Positions 41,574-51,853 are shown, counted from the first letter of the whole stretch. The stretch is DNA of 56,183 nucleotides, filler included, from Circinaria calcarea (GCA_051942165.1; 6 parts of 6 records of this genome joined end to end with filler, not necessarily neighbours in it), one strand, 5' to 3'. The notes: a model not told the origin generated them from the letters alone. A program made the numbers and translations.

Positions 41574-42239
41574 AATAGTTTAGATATTTTATCTGAAACC
41601 TTTACTAATGGATATAGAGTTGAAATTTTATCTATTTTTTCAGTAGCTGCCATTTTATGTGGAATCCTTGTTATAATTAGCAAAAACCCTATAGTCTCTG
41701 TTCTCTTCTTAATTGGTTTGTTTTTAAGCATAGCATGCTATCTTATTATACTAGGTTTAAATTTTATTGGTTTATCTTACTTATTAGTTTATGTAGGTGC
41801 TGTTTCTATATTATTTCTTTTTATCTTAATGCTAATAAATGTGAGAATTTCGGAACTTCAGAGTGAAACTAGTAATAGTATACCACTAGCAATTATTATA
41901 GCCGTAAGCTTTAATTATCCTTTACATGAAACATTACCATCTAGTTTAACTGTTTTAAACAGCTATCCACAAAATTTAAACCATATGTTTAAGGATGTTT
42001 TATCTAATTATAGTTATAGTTACTATCTAAAAAATTTTTTGTTTAGATCTGATAAGAGTGATGTAATAGTATTTGTTACTTCTAAGACCTGAGATGGAAA
42101 CTTAGCAGAAACTAGCCATATTACAAGTATAGGTAATATTATGTATACTAGTTATTCAATATGATTAATAATAACTTCTATTATTTTACTTTTGGCTATG
42201 GTTGGTGCTATTGTTATAACAATAGAACAAAAAAATTAA
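41571..42239 (+). CDS. nad6: NADH dehydrogenase subunit 6 (code 4), 222 aa
   Basis: SKNPIVSVLFLIGLF, YLLVYVGAVSILFLFILMLIN, W(TGA)DGNLAETSHITSIGNIMYT...LLLAMVGAIVIT. Confidence 0.97.
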
Positions 42240-42402
42240 AAATAAGATTAAAGAATCTTATCCTAAATATCCATTTAATAAATCTAAATTGTTAATCTAA
42301 TTTTAGATTAGATTAGATTGCTAATAATTAGCTTTCATTTATTAATCTGGTATAGGTCGGGGATTAAAGTTTAAATAATATTAAGGCTAATTTTTAGCCT
42401 TA

Positions 42403-42474
42403 GAGGAATTAGCTCAATGGTAGAGCTACCGTTTTACACACGGTGGGTTAGGTGTTCAAATCGCCTATTCCTTA
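42403..42474 (+). tRNA. trnV: mt tRNA-Val(TAC)
   Basis: GAGGAAT..ACCGT TTTACAC ACGGT..ATTCCTTA. Confidence 0.92.
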
Positions 42475-42611
42475 GTCTATAAGAAAGATTAATTTAATAT
42501 AAAAATGTCTACTTTTGGAAGACTCTCTAGAAACTACTGTAAGAGAGTGATTTAAGACCTAAAAATAGGTAACATACACACGTTAAATTGAATAAAACAA
42601 TAAACAATCTA

Positions 42612-43421
42612 ATGACAAACTTAACAAGAAGTACTTTTCAAGCTCATCCATTTCACTTAGTTTCTCCTTCACCATGACCTCTTTATACATCTGTCTCTCT
42701 TTTAACTCTTACTACTACAGGTGTTTTAACTATGCATGGATTTAGTAATGCACAGAATTTTTTAGATTTAGCTTTTTTTTCTTTAATTTCTTCTATGTCT
42801 TTTTGATTTAGAGATGTTATTTCTGAAGCTACATATCTAGGTAATCATACACTAGCTGTACAAAGAGGTTTAAATATGGGAGTCTTTTTATTTATAGTGT
42901 CAGAAGCTTTGTTTTTCTTAGCAATCTTCTGAGCTTTTTTCCATAGTGCTTTGTCTCCTACTATTGAATTGGGTGCTCATTGACCACCTATGGGGATAGA
43001 TGCGGTTAACCCTTTTGAATTACCTTTACTTAATACTGTAATACTCTTGTCATCGGGTGTTACAGTTACATATGCTCACCATTCTTTAATACAAGGAAAC
43101 AGAAGTGGAGCTTTATATGGGTTAGTCTTTACAGTAATATTAGCTTTCATTTTTACTGCCTTTCAAGCAGTAGAATATACAGTATCTGGTTTCACTATTT
43201 CGGATGGTACCTTTGGATCCAGTTTCTATTTTGGTACTGGTTTCCATGGACTACATGTTATGATTGGTACAGCTTTTATAGCTGTTGGATTATGACGTCT
43301 ACTTGCCTATCATCTCACAGATAATCATCATCTTGGTCTAGAGTCTTCAATACTTTATTGACATTTTGTTGATGTAGTTTGATTATTTTTGTATATATCG
43401 ATATATTACTGAGGTTCTTAA
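42612..43421 (+). CDS. cox3: Cytochrome c oxidase subunit 3 (code 4), 269 aa, intronless
   Basis: [63 protein letters not shown]. Confidence 0.98.
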
Positions 43422-43483
43422 TATAAAATATAAAACAAGATAAAAAAAATAAGATCTTATTTTTTTTTCGAACAATATCCAAA

Positions 43484-43556
43484 GAGACTTTAATTTAATT
43501 GGTAAAATATGTGACTTTTAATCATCATTACGTGGGTTCAAATCCCGCAGGTCTTA
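43484..43556 (+). tRNA. trnK: mt tRNA-Lys(TTT)
   Basis: GAGACTT..CTTTTAA loop..GTGGG TTCAAAT CCCGC AGGTCTTA. Confidence 0.9.
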
Positions 43557-43565
43557 AATTGGCTA

Positions 43566-43636
43566 ACGGCCATAGGTTAATGGTAGACCGTTCGTCTTCC
43601 AAACGATGTGCGTCGATTCGAATTCGACTGGCCGTA
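43566..43636 (+). tRNA. trnG: mt tRNA-Gly(TCC)
   Basis: ACGGCCA..CTTCCAA loop..TGGCCGTA. Confidence 0.9.
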
Positions 43637-43656
43637 ATCTAGATATGTTTAGAATA

Positions 43657-43729
43657 GAGTTAGTAACTTAATTGGTAAAGGGCTTTCTTGTCGAGAAAGT
43701 ACATGTCGGATCGAAGCCGGCCTAACTCG
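43657..43729 (+). tRNA. trnD: mt tRNA-Asp(GTC)
   Basis: GAGTTAG..CTTTC TTGTCGA GAAAG..CTAACTCG. Confidence 0.9.
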
Positions 43730-43763
43730 ATCTTATCTAGAGATCTCTCTAAGAGATCTAAAA

Positions 43764-43845
43764 GGAAAAGTTGCTATTGGTAAAGCAAGATATTTGCTAA
43801 ATATTGTGTAATTAGCACCTGGATGTTCGAATCATCTCTTTTCCG
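43764..43845 (+). tRNA. trnS: mt tRNA-Ser(GCT)
   Basis: GGAAAAG..TTGCTAA loop, long variable arm, CTTTTCCG. Confidence 0.88.
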
Positions 43846-44002
43846 AGATAATTAAAAATTTGATCACATTTTATATATTTTATTAAAGATAAATTAATAG
43901 CTTTAAAGTTAAGCTTTTACTTAATTTTTTTTTATATTAGTGTGCTTTTAATATGGTTATCTAAGATTTTGCTTTTAATAAAACATAGAAGATCTTAACT
44001 TA

Positions 44003-44074
44003 AAGAGCATAGTTTAATTGGTAAAGTAGGAAGCTTCAAACTTCAAATTCTCAGTTCAAGTCTGAGTGCTCTTG
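44003..44074 (+). tRNA. trnW: mt tRNA-Trp(TCA)
   Basis: AAGAGCA..GAAG CTTCAAA CTTC..TGCTCTTG; consistent with TGA=Trp. Confidence 0.9.
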
Positions 44075-44117
44075 ACTAACTAAAATATTAGCTTCGACAT
44101 AGTCGAAGATGTCTAAA

Positions 44118-44175
44118 GGTTCTTTAACTTAACTGGTAAAGTGCGTTCTGTATAAGGATGTTATACAAGTTCAAT
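44118..44175 (+). pseudogene. Truncated, degenerate tRNA-Ile-like 5' part
   Basis: GGTTCTT TA ACTT AACTGGTA AAGT G CGTTC TGTATAA GGATG: D arm and anticodon stem present, loop altered, no 3' T-stem or acceptor strand. Confidence 0.7.
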
Positions 44176-44439
44176 TAGACTTTTTGTTTATAAGGTTAGA
44201 TATAGTATCAATCTATTGGTTAATACCATAAATATTTGGGTGGTGCAAATCCATGTTAACTTAATGATAAAACACATATTAAAAAAATAAATAAAAAAAA
44301 AAATTATTTTTTTTATAAAAATGTGGGTAATAACCCTTCAATAATAGGTACAGGGTTTTGTCTTTTAACGTGCGTCTCTCTAAAGCTGGTATAGAGGTAA
44401 TATGTTTTACAGCTAAATATCTGAAAACTACTTACAACT

Positions 44440-45402
44440 GCACACTCCTGTTTTTTCCTTTGATGTAGTGCCGATAAAATTATATTATGATGCTCACGCA
44501 TCCAAATCAGATATAGTTAAATTTTTTAAGGATAATACCATCATATATATGTGGTTTAAGAAAGTTACAGGCGAAATTAACATAGGGAGCAGATTAAAAG
44601 GAACGAATCGTTTAAACACATACTATTGGCCATCTGTGCTTAATAGTACTAAAAAGAGTTTAATATACAACAGTTTATTAAAAGACGGCCATAGTAATTT
44701 CAGTTTGGCTATTTTATAAATATGTAACACCTCTAGCTATACATCTAAAAGATCCTCTTTAAACAGATAAAGTTTTTATATTTAATCGGCTTTAAAGATT
44801 TATTTTAGAGAGTTAAAAAAAAGTTTTGAATATTTTAAATATAGCTGGGTCTAGTTTAGGGTATACTCATCTTACGGATAGTAAACTAAAGATTAGTGTT
44901 CTTTTTAGTTCTTTTTTTTATCTCTAAAAGGTAACATAAATATTATGTTCAACAAAAAACATACAGAAGAGACAGATAAATCCATCTGCTTAAAAATGAA
45001 AGGGCGACTTGGACATCTGCACACAGATATAACTCGGACAAAAATAAGTGAAAGCCTTCGGGGGCGAAGGTAAAAATACTTCGCAGGAGGCTAGAGATAA
45101 TATTAGTGCTGCATGTAAAGGCAGAATTCATACCGAGGAAACTAAAGCTAAATTAATAATAGCTATGCTTAATCTAAAACTTAGTGTAAGAACACTACAC
45201 TAGGTGTTAAAAAAAAATGAAAATAATACATAGTAAACCTATATTAGTTACAAATGTCCTTAATTGTAAAACATACCTTTATCCATCTATAAAGCAGGCA
45301 GCGTATGAGCTTAATACAACTAGTCTCAAAATTAGAAGATATATAAAAAATAAAAGTGTGATCTGGGATTTATATCTTATTACTGCGCCATCTGATGGCT
45401 AG
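44440..45402 (+). pseudogene. Decayed GIY-YIG homing endonuclease with NUMOD3/NUMOD1 modules
   Basis: IIYMWFKKVTGEINIGS..RLNTYY..IYNSLLKDGHSNFSLAIL* (TAA 44717), NILNIAGSSLGYTH, KKHTEET, GRIHTEETKAKL, YPSIKQAAYELNTTSLKIRRYI; stops and frameshifts. Confidence 0.85.
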
Positions 45403-45527
45403 CATCAAAGCAAATCTAAATATTTAGATATGTTTTAATAAATAGGTTAAATATTAATACTAAAGTACATTATAGCTCTGAATATTATTTAGAGAGTATC
45501 TTTATAGACAGGATTTATGTATACTCA

Positions 45528-45599
45528 GTTTCCTTAGCTTAATTGGTAAAGCGTATTTTTGATAAGAATATGTTCAGCGTTCGAGTCGCTGAGGAATCA
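45528..45599 (+). tRNA. trnI: mt tRNA-Ile(GAT)
   Basis: GTTTCCT TA GCTT AATTGGTA AAGC G TATTT TTGATAA GAATA TGTT CAGCG TTCGAGT CGCTG AGGAATC A. Confidence 0.9.
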
Positions 45600-45676
45600 T
45601 CCCAAATGGGAGTTTATATTATCGCTATTAGCATTTATTGCTACAAATCAAAAGATTATTGACTGAATAAATTATA

Positions 45677-45745
45677 AAGGAAGGAAGGAAGGAAGGTAGG
45701 AAGGAAGGAAGGTAGGAAGGAAGGAAGGTAGGAAGGAAGGAAGGA
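45677..45745 (+). repeat. (GGAA)n microsatellite with GGTA every fourth unit (16-nt higher-order period)
   Basis: Direct reading of the sequence. Confidence 0.95.
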
Positions 45746-46824
45746 TACCTTAGGATGCAAGAATTTCATATATTCTCATTTAATTTTCTTCATTTGGGCG
45801 TCGAGAGTGAACGCATTCTTTGTAGCCTAATACGAAGAACGTTAATAATAATAGCCTTAGGCAATAAAGTTGTGGTAAAATAGTATTATGAATAGCCTGC
45901 CTATAAGCTAAATAAACAATAGTAATCGCACTACTAATTTACAATACCCTTTTAGATAATACTAAAGCAAAAAAAACAACAAAAAAACAACCAAAAAAAT
46001 ATATATATACACTTATATAATTATATTTACCTCGACCTTACAAATGTTTATCAAAAGGTCTGCTAAAATCTAAAAAACTATCTACCTCTCTTCTTATAGA
46101 AATTTTAAGTTCTTTTATAATTTTCTGTCAGATTTTTTGATCTGGATCTCAAGACTCTTTAAACTCATCATATACTTTCTTGTACTGGTTACACTTGAAT
46201 TTATTGGGCATCCCGTCTGTGTCTTACTGCCTTTCTAGGAATTTATAATTAGTTTTAATTACCTGTACGTAGCATAATAGCAACCCAGCCGAAGAATCTG
46301 GTCAGGTGGCTGGAAGGCTAACACTCTACCCAGCTATAGAGATTTACATTTATACTATTCCTACATAAAAGAGTTCAGATGATTTGGCACATAAAAAAAA
46401 AACTTAAATAATCTGTTACTATTTTTAAATTATTCTTCTGTAAATCTTTACATCACATCACGAGCAAAAACGGCTTAATTCAATCTATGCTGCTACTTTT
46501 TGTTTTCCCTATTAGGGACGCTTTTACAGATCCCTCATCTCATAATAACAACATATATTATCTTAACAATAAGATTAACACTCCAGATAATAATAAAATA
46601 AGGGATCTTATATTATTTAGTATATCTGATTATATAAAATCCATTTTAGACGGTCCAGCTAAACCTCACCCGTTTATATCTTTACCTTTAAATAGTAGCA
46701 CCCTTATGTTTAGCTTAAAACCGTCTTCGAATAATTTTCCCAAAGGTCATCTTAAGGAGAAGGGTCTTAATGGAGAAATAGATATTACACAAGAGGTTGA
46801 AAAAAAAGCTCTTAATCTAAATTT

Positions 46825-46924
46825 NNNNNNNNNNNNNNNNNNNNNNNNNNNNNNNNNNNNNNNNNNNNTTAATTAATTAANNNNNNNNNNNNNNNNNNNN
46901 NNNNNNNNNNNNNNNNNNNNNNNN
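46825..46924. other. Artificial contig-joining linker
   Basis: N44-TTAATTAATTAA-N44. Confidence 0.99.
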
Positions 46925-46940
46925 GACAGCAAAATTCCCT

Positions 46941-48665
46941 CTAAACCTCCATCCCCATCAACTCCTCGCACCGCAAAACCCTAGCCCCATAAACCTTCCG
47001 CATCAAATCCAGACAAACGGCCCCCTCGAGGTGCAAACTCGCCGTGCAATCCTCGACCACCGACAGGTAAAAGCCCTTTTGAAACGCCGTCCGCGCTGTT
47101 GCGTCGACACAGACGTCCGCGTACAGGCCCGCCAGCACTAGGTGCTCGTAACCCCGTGCGTGCAGGTAGCGCTCGAAGCCCTCGGCCAGAAAGGAATCGA
47201 AGAGGGCGCGCTTGGTGAAGACACGCTCGCCGGGAAGGGGACCCACGAGCTCAGGCGCGTGGAAAGCGGCGCCGGGCGTGTGTTCGAGGCAGTGCGGTTT
47301 GCGGGCCAAGAGGCGGTCGCGGTGGGCCCAGTTGGGGGGCTGGTGGGCGGGGCAGTCGCCCAGGAAGCGGAGGTAGATGATTTCGAGGTTGTGCGTGCGG
47401 AAGGCGGTGATGAGGCGGTGGAGGTTGGCGATGAGGGTTTGGGTTTCGATTTGGGTTTGGTTCGTGGTGGAGTCTTTTTGTAGGGGAAGGAGGAAGTCGT
47501 TTTGGAAGTCGATGACGAGGAGAGCAGTGGGTTTACCCATGGAGATGCGGGTTTCGAGGGGTGATGGGGTTGGAAGGGGTAGGACGCCGTTAGAGGGTGA
47601 TGGCTTTGCTGTCAAGCTATCGAGCACGGCGTGGACGAATTCGGCGGTGGATAGGGAACCACCTTGATCGGGCGTTGTGGCATTTCTGCGGAGCAAGGTC
47701 CGGAGGGTGGAGTTTAGGGTTTCTTCTAGTCCCGTGCAGCCGGCATGCCGTTCGAGAATGGCGGCGGCAGCTTTGATCGTGGCGGTGGGATTGACAATCC
47801 CTTTCCCAACGAGATTGTCGGCGGAACCGTGAACGGTCTGGTACTCGCTGAGGGTATGCAGTTTCGGGTGGAGGTAAACGTTTTCAGCATAGGAGGTTTC
47901 TTGCACTTGCTTTCCAAACATGTCGATGAGAATTACTTGCATGATATCTGCATACTCGTTGCCAGCTATGATTAGCCTCTTTCCTTGAATCCCGAATGCG
48001 AGGAGGTTTCGGTTCATCGTATCGGGCTGGATGAACTCGACTTTTACCGCATATTGCTTTGACAGTTGTTTGGCCCATCCGTCGAACGTGCCGCCAAAGA
48101 GGTGATGCTTGTATACCATGGCAATTGAGTCGATGGCGTCAGGGCCCCAAAGTTGACGGGCCCTCTCCAGGGAGTATGAGACGATTCGGCCAAAGAGCCC
48201 TTTGGAGAAGTAACACGTACGAGAGACAACTTCCTCGCCGACATCGTTGGAGCCCGTATAGAAGCCCTGTGCTTGATCGCGAACAAGGAGGATCGAAGCC
48301 TGCCCCTGATCAAAGCGCTCTATCTTGATGGCCTCAAAATCCTCACGCACTATGTATAATGATTGAGCAGTAATCGCCGTTCGAAAGATCACACGGGTCC
48401 CGCGCGCAGCCTCTTCTTCGCAGAAACGTTTATAGTGCTCAACATCTTCCATAGTCTCCTTGTTTATATTCTCTTGGTTATCCCCGGCTGAGAACAGCGA
48501 TAGATAGGAGTGGTAGATTCTGGATGGGCGGCGCAGCTGGACATGGACGGAATAGGGGTCAGCAAGGTGAAGAATAACTCTCTCAAAGATATCTGCCAGC
48601 TCTGGACCGGTACCGTGTCCTACCGCCAGGCCGACAGTGAGAACTCTGTGTCCATTAGTTTCCAT
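46941..48665 (-). CDS. Fusion of an isocitrate/isopropylmalate-type beta-decarboxylating dehydrogenase domain and an isochorismatase-like cysteine hydrolase; 574 aa, intronless
   Basis: N-part GHGTGPEL, LLVRDQAQGFYTG, GNEYADIM, QTVHGSADNLVGKGIVNPTATI, TTPDQGGSLST; C-part TALLVIDFQNDF, FTKRALFDSF, LAGLYADVCVDATARTAFQKGF. Confidence 0.88.
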   Translation of the reverse strand: METNGHRVLTVGLAVGHGTGPELADIFERVILHLADPYSVHVQLRRPSRIYHSYLSLFSAGDNQENINKETMEDVEHYKRFCEEEAARGTRVIFRTAITAQSLYIVREDFEAIKIERFDQGQASILLVRDQAQGFYTGSNDVGEEVVSRTCYFSKGLFGRIVSYSLERARQLWGPDAIDSIAMVYKHHLFGGTFDGWAKQLSKQYAVKVEFIQPDTMNRNLLAFGIQGKRLIIAGNEYADIMQVILIDMFGKQVQETSYAENVYLHPKLHTLSEYQTVHGSADNLVGKGIVNPTATIKAAAAILERHAGCTGLEETLNSTLRTLLRRNATTPDQGGSLSTAEFVHAVLDSLTAKPSPSNGVLPLPTPSPLETRISMGKPTALLVIDFQNDFLLPLQKDSTTNQTQIETQTLIANLHRLITAFRTHNLEIIYLRFLGDCPAHQPPNWAHRDRLLARKPHCLEHTPGAAFHAPELVGPLPGERVFTKRALFDSFLAEGFERYLHARGYEHLVLAGLYADVCVDATARTAFQKGFYLSVVEDCTASLHLEGAVCLDLMRKVYGARVLRCEELMGMEV

Positions 48666-49378
48666 GGTTACTTAATGGAATTTGACAAATGGTCCAAATG
48701 AGGACCGGTAGTTTCACGGCCTTGTACTCAAAAGATCGACTGAATACTTCCAGTATATACAAAGTTGAGTCTTGGCTGCGGTACATGTTGTATACCCTAG
48801 GTATATCTCAACATGCGATACTCGGGGGTTATGACGCAGAATCTAGGGAAATTTTAGTTTCCGTAAACGAAGCTTAACGCGTATAGAAGAAAACAGTGAA
48901 TGGAACGCATAAATGCATGATGATCATAAAGTTTTAGTACAGGTCTCCACCTATATGCTGAGCGGCTGCTGACGAGATAGCTCGGTAGAGTCTTGATTTG
49001 CTAAAAAGGTGTCGAGTCCCTCTTAGCTCCCCAAACGGAGAGATCCTTACAACACGAATTTCAAGACAAATCAGAGCGGAAGAAAATCCAATTCCGCAGA
49101 TTTTGTAACCGGCTATGTTTTACCAGATAAGACATCTGGGGAAGGCAGAGAGCCCGGGTTGATTTGATACGCGCAGGTCTGTAGTTGAAAAGTCTTGGAC
49201 CTGCGGCTGTTGGGCTTTCCCACTTCTTGAGACATAGGACGTATGTCAATTCAATGGCAATCTTGAACCCAAGGCATACCGTGGGTATGAGTTAGCATTC
49301 TCCTTACATCAATATTGAACTGTCTGTTTGTGTAGACACATATTCTATCTGATCTTGAATCGTCACAGCGTTTTCGCA

Positions 49379-50221
49379 ATGGCAAAAGACCAGCAGGTGA
49401 TCCCGGACTTCAAATTGGCAGATGGTCGCGAATACATGTTGGGCCGTGGTTACGCCGCGGCGGCCAGGTTGAACTTTCAGTTCTATCTTTGGAAAGACTC
49501 GCTCGGGTTCAACATACACCCTTCGATTCCAATCCCCGAGCACAATCCTCGCATTGCGGATGTGGCCACCGGGACAGCAATATGGCTGGTGGATGTTGCT
49601 CGCGAATTACCAACTGCGCAATTAGATGGCTTTGATATCAGCCTTGCCCAAGCACCACTGAAAGGATGGCTGCCTTCGAATGTCGGCTTACGAACCTGGA
49701 ACATCTTCGATGAGGTCCCCGCTGATTTGCTAGGAAGGTACGACGTTGTCCACGTTAGATTGCTCATCTTGGTCGTGGAGAACGGAGATCCTCGGCCTGT
49801 TGTTCGAAAGCTTACCAAGATGTTAAAACCGGGTGGGTATTTGCAATGGGACGACCTTAACTACCCGGACACCTGCGTCAGAGCTGTCGACCCGTCGTTA
49901 CAAACACCAGCACTACAGGAGCTTCGAGATCTGGTATATTCTCGGGGAAGGCATGACTGGACGCTCCAGCTTGCTGACATAATGACCGACGAAGGGCTTG
50001 AGAACGCTAGACTCTACAACTTTGCGGACAGGAAAGAGCTGGCCAAAGCCAACGGTGAACAGCACTTGCTCACAATGGAGGAGTTTGCGTCGCGTTTGGC
50101 CCAAGGCAGCATCAAGGATGAAGCGGCAAAGCTATATCAGCTCATCAATGCTTCGTATAAGGAATCCATGCAAGGAGCTGCCTTGTCCATGCCGAGAGTC
50201 GTATGTGTCGCACGGAAGTAG
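49379..50221 (+). CDS. Class I SAM-dependent methyltransferase, LaeA-like
   Basis: YMLGR..AAARLNFQ, RIADVATGTAIW, LDGFDIS, YDVVHVRLL, MLKPGGYLQWDD; probable ATG at 49379. Confidence 0.88.
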   Translation: MAKDQQVIPDFKLADGREYMLGRGYAAAARLNFQFYLWKDSLGFNIHPSIPIPEHNPRIADVATGTAIWLVDVARELPTAQLDGFDISLAQAPLKGWLPSNVGLRTWNIFDEVPADLLGRYDVVHVRLLILVVENGDPRPVVRKLTKMLKPGGYLQWDDLNYPDTCVRAVDPSLQTPALQELRDLVYSRGRHDWTLQLADIMTDEGLENARLYNFADRKELAKANGEQHLLTMEEFASRLAQGSIKDEAAKLYQLINASYKESMQGAALSMPRVVCVARK

Positions 50222-50718
50222 ATAGTGACCTCAATAGCAAGACCTCGTATCAAACGTGCTCTCTTTCGTGTGGAAAACAGGTATTCTATCTCGTGGCGTT
50301 CAAGTCATGGTGAGCAAAGCATAGCCTCCGATGTCCAAATTCCGAAACCAAAACTGCAACTAGAAGCTATTCAGAACTACCCGAAAGCTGTGACCAAATT
50401 GCCTATGCATCAAAGAATTGGGCAACAAGCACAGACTTAGGTGGTAACGGGTGTAATTGACACCTAGCACATACACGAAATTAAAGAGGCGGGTTGTAAT
50501 TGTAATAGGCGTGAAAAATGGGTTCATTCTAAATGGTTTGTGGGTTTGTGTGGTTCGCATATAGCAAAGCCACATTCCCCTTTCTCCCGCCTTTTCACCC
50601 TGCTTTACCTCGTAACCCTCATATAAAATCCTTATCACACAGGGAATTCAACTACGATTGAACTCCACTGTCCAGTATTATCTGATTTCGCTTTTGCCTA
50701 CACGATTGACAAGCTGTG

Positions 50719-51658
50719 ATGCTCAGTGAAAAATCCCCATGGTACAAGCCAGACATTGGTCCTCGTTTAAAGTCGGTCATAAGAAGACAGTATGAAACAT
50801 GGAGCGGGCTCACCGGCGATGAGCTTATAGCTCACCTACACAGCATTGTACGTGTTACCCGATGCCAAGTGTCCTTGATGCTGTGCTCAAACGAATTACC
50901 AGAGGGACCGAGCCTGGCCACTGGGCCAGTACCCTTGCATAGGAGAATGGATCTTTCTCTTACCAAGCATCTCATCTTTCCCTGAATATCCTGGTATCAT
51001 CAAGCGAGCACAAGCCGGCGCCACGATCCTCGACCTCGGGTGCGCCTTCGGTCAGAATCTTCGCCTCATGGCAGCTGATGGCGTTTCGACGCAGAATATG
51101 TACGGAATCGATATCAGCACGGAGCTCTGGAACCTGGGCTTTGACTTGTTCCGCGACAAGGACAAGATGAAGGCGAAATTCACTCAGGCTGATATCTTGG
51201 ATAGCAAGTCGGATCTGCAGCGATTGAATGGGCGGATGGACATCATGATTGCATGCCAATTCCTGCACCTCTTCGACTGGGAAGGGCAGGTGATAGCAAT
51301 GAAGCGGATCGTGGAGTTTTCTAGGCCGGGCTCTGTGCTCATCGGATATCAACGAGGTCAGGTAAAGGCACAGGAGTTTGCGAGACCGTGGGGGGCGATG
51401 TTCTTCCATAACGAGGATACCTTCCGACAGATGTGGCGCCGAGTTGAGGAGGAGACGCGGACCAAGTGGGATGTCAGGGTTTCCATGGTCGATTTGCAGG
51501 AATGGGGTATGGAGGAAGAGGATATTGAGTGGATGCCCATTGGTCGAAAAGGCATCAATTTCGTCGCCACAAGAGCAAGCTGGTATGAGTATCAACGAAA
51601 CCGGATTTTAGACTTCAATAGACATTATATAAGTACAATACGTAATTGGTTTTGCTAA
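50719..51658 (+). CDS. SAM-dependent methyltransferase of the AusD/Trt5-like fungal secondary-metabolism group; 3' end uncertain
   Basis: Exon 1 to 50847, intron 50848-50902, then RDRAWPLGQYPCIGEWIFL..ILDLGCAFGQNLR..LGFDLFRD..FLHLFDWEGQ..FFHNEDTFRQMW. Confidence 0.85.
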
Positions 51659-51853
51659 TTTGGCTCCAAAGAGCCATTTCAGGGAGCGAGAGGGAGGATA
51701 CGGGAAGGCCGAAGTGGTGGATGGCAGGGAATGGAAGCACCTGAGGGCTGATTTGGGTGGCATTTAGAATAGCTTCGCTAAATGCTTGGCATAAATAACT
51801 CTGGGCTACATTGAAGCAAAGTCAACTGGCGATTACGCTGCACAGGTTCCACC

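Noticed and set aside
37553..46824. Mitochondrial segment as a nuclear insertion (NUMT)
   Set aside because: It is a separate contig bounded by linkers, with intact code-4 nad6 and cox3 and intact tRNAs; no nuclear junction is visible.
46487..46824. Partial 112-codon mitochondrial ORF at the contig end
   Set aside because: No recognisable motif and truncated; cannot be called.
46941..47560. Higher GC in the isochorismatase half as evidence of horizontal origin
   Set aside because: A similar GC-rich 3' exon occurs in native DPM2; composition judged by eye is not diagnostic.
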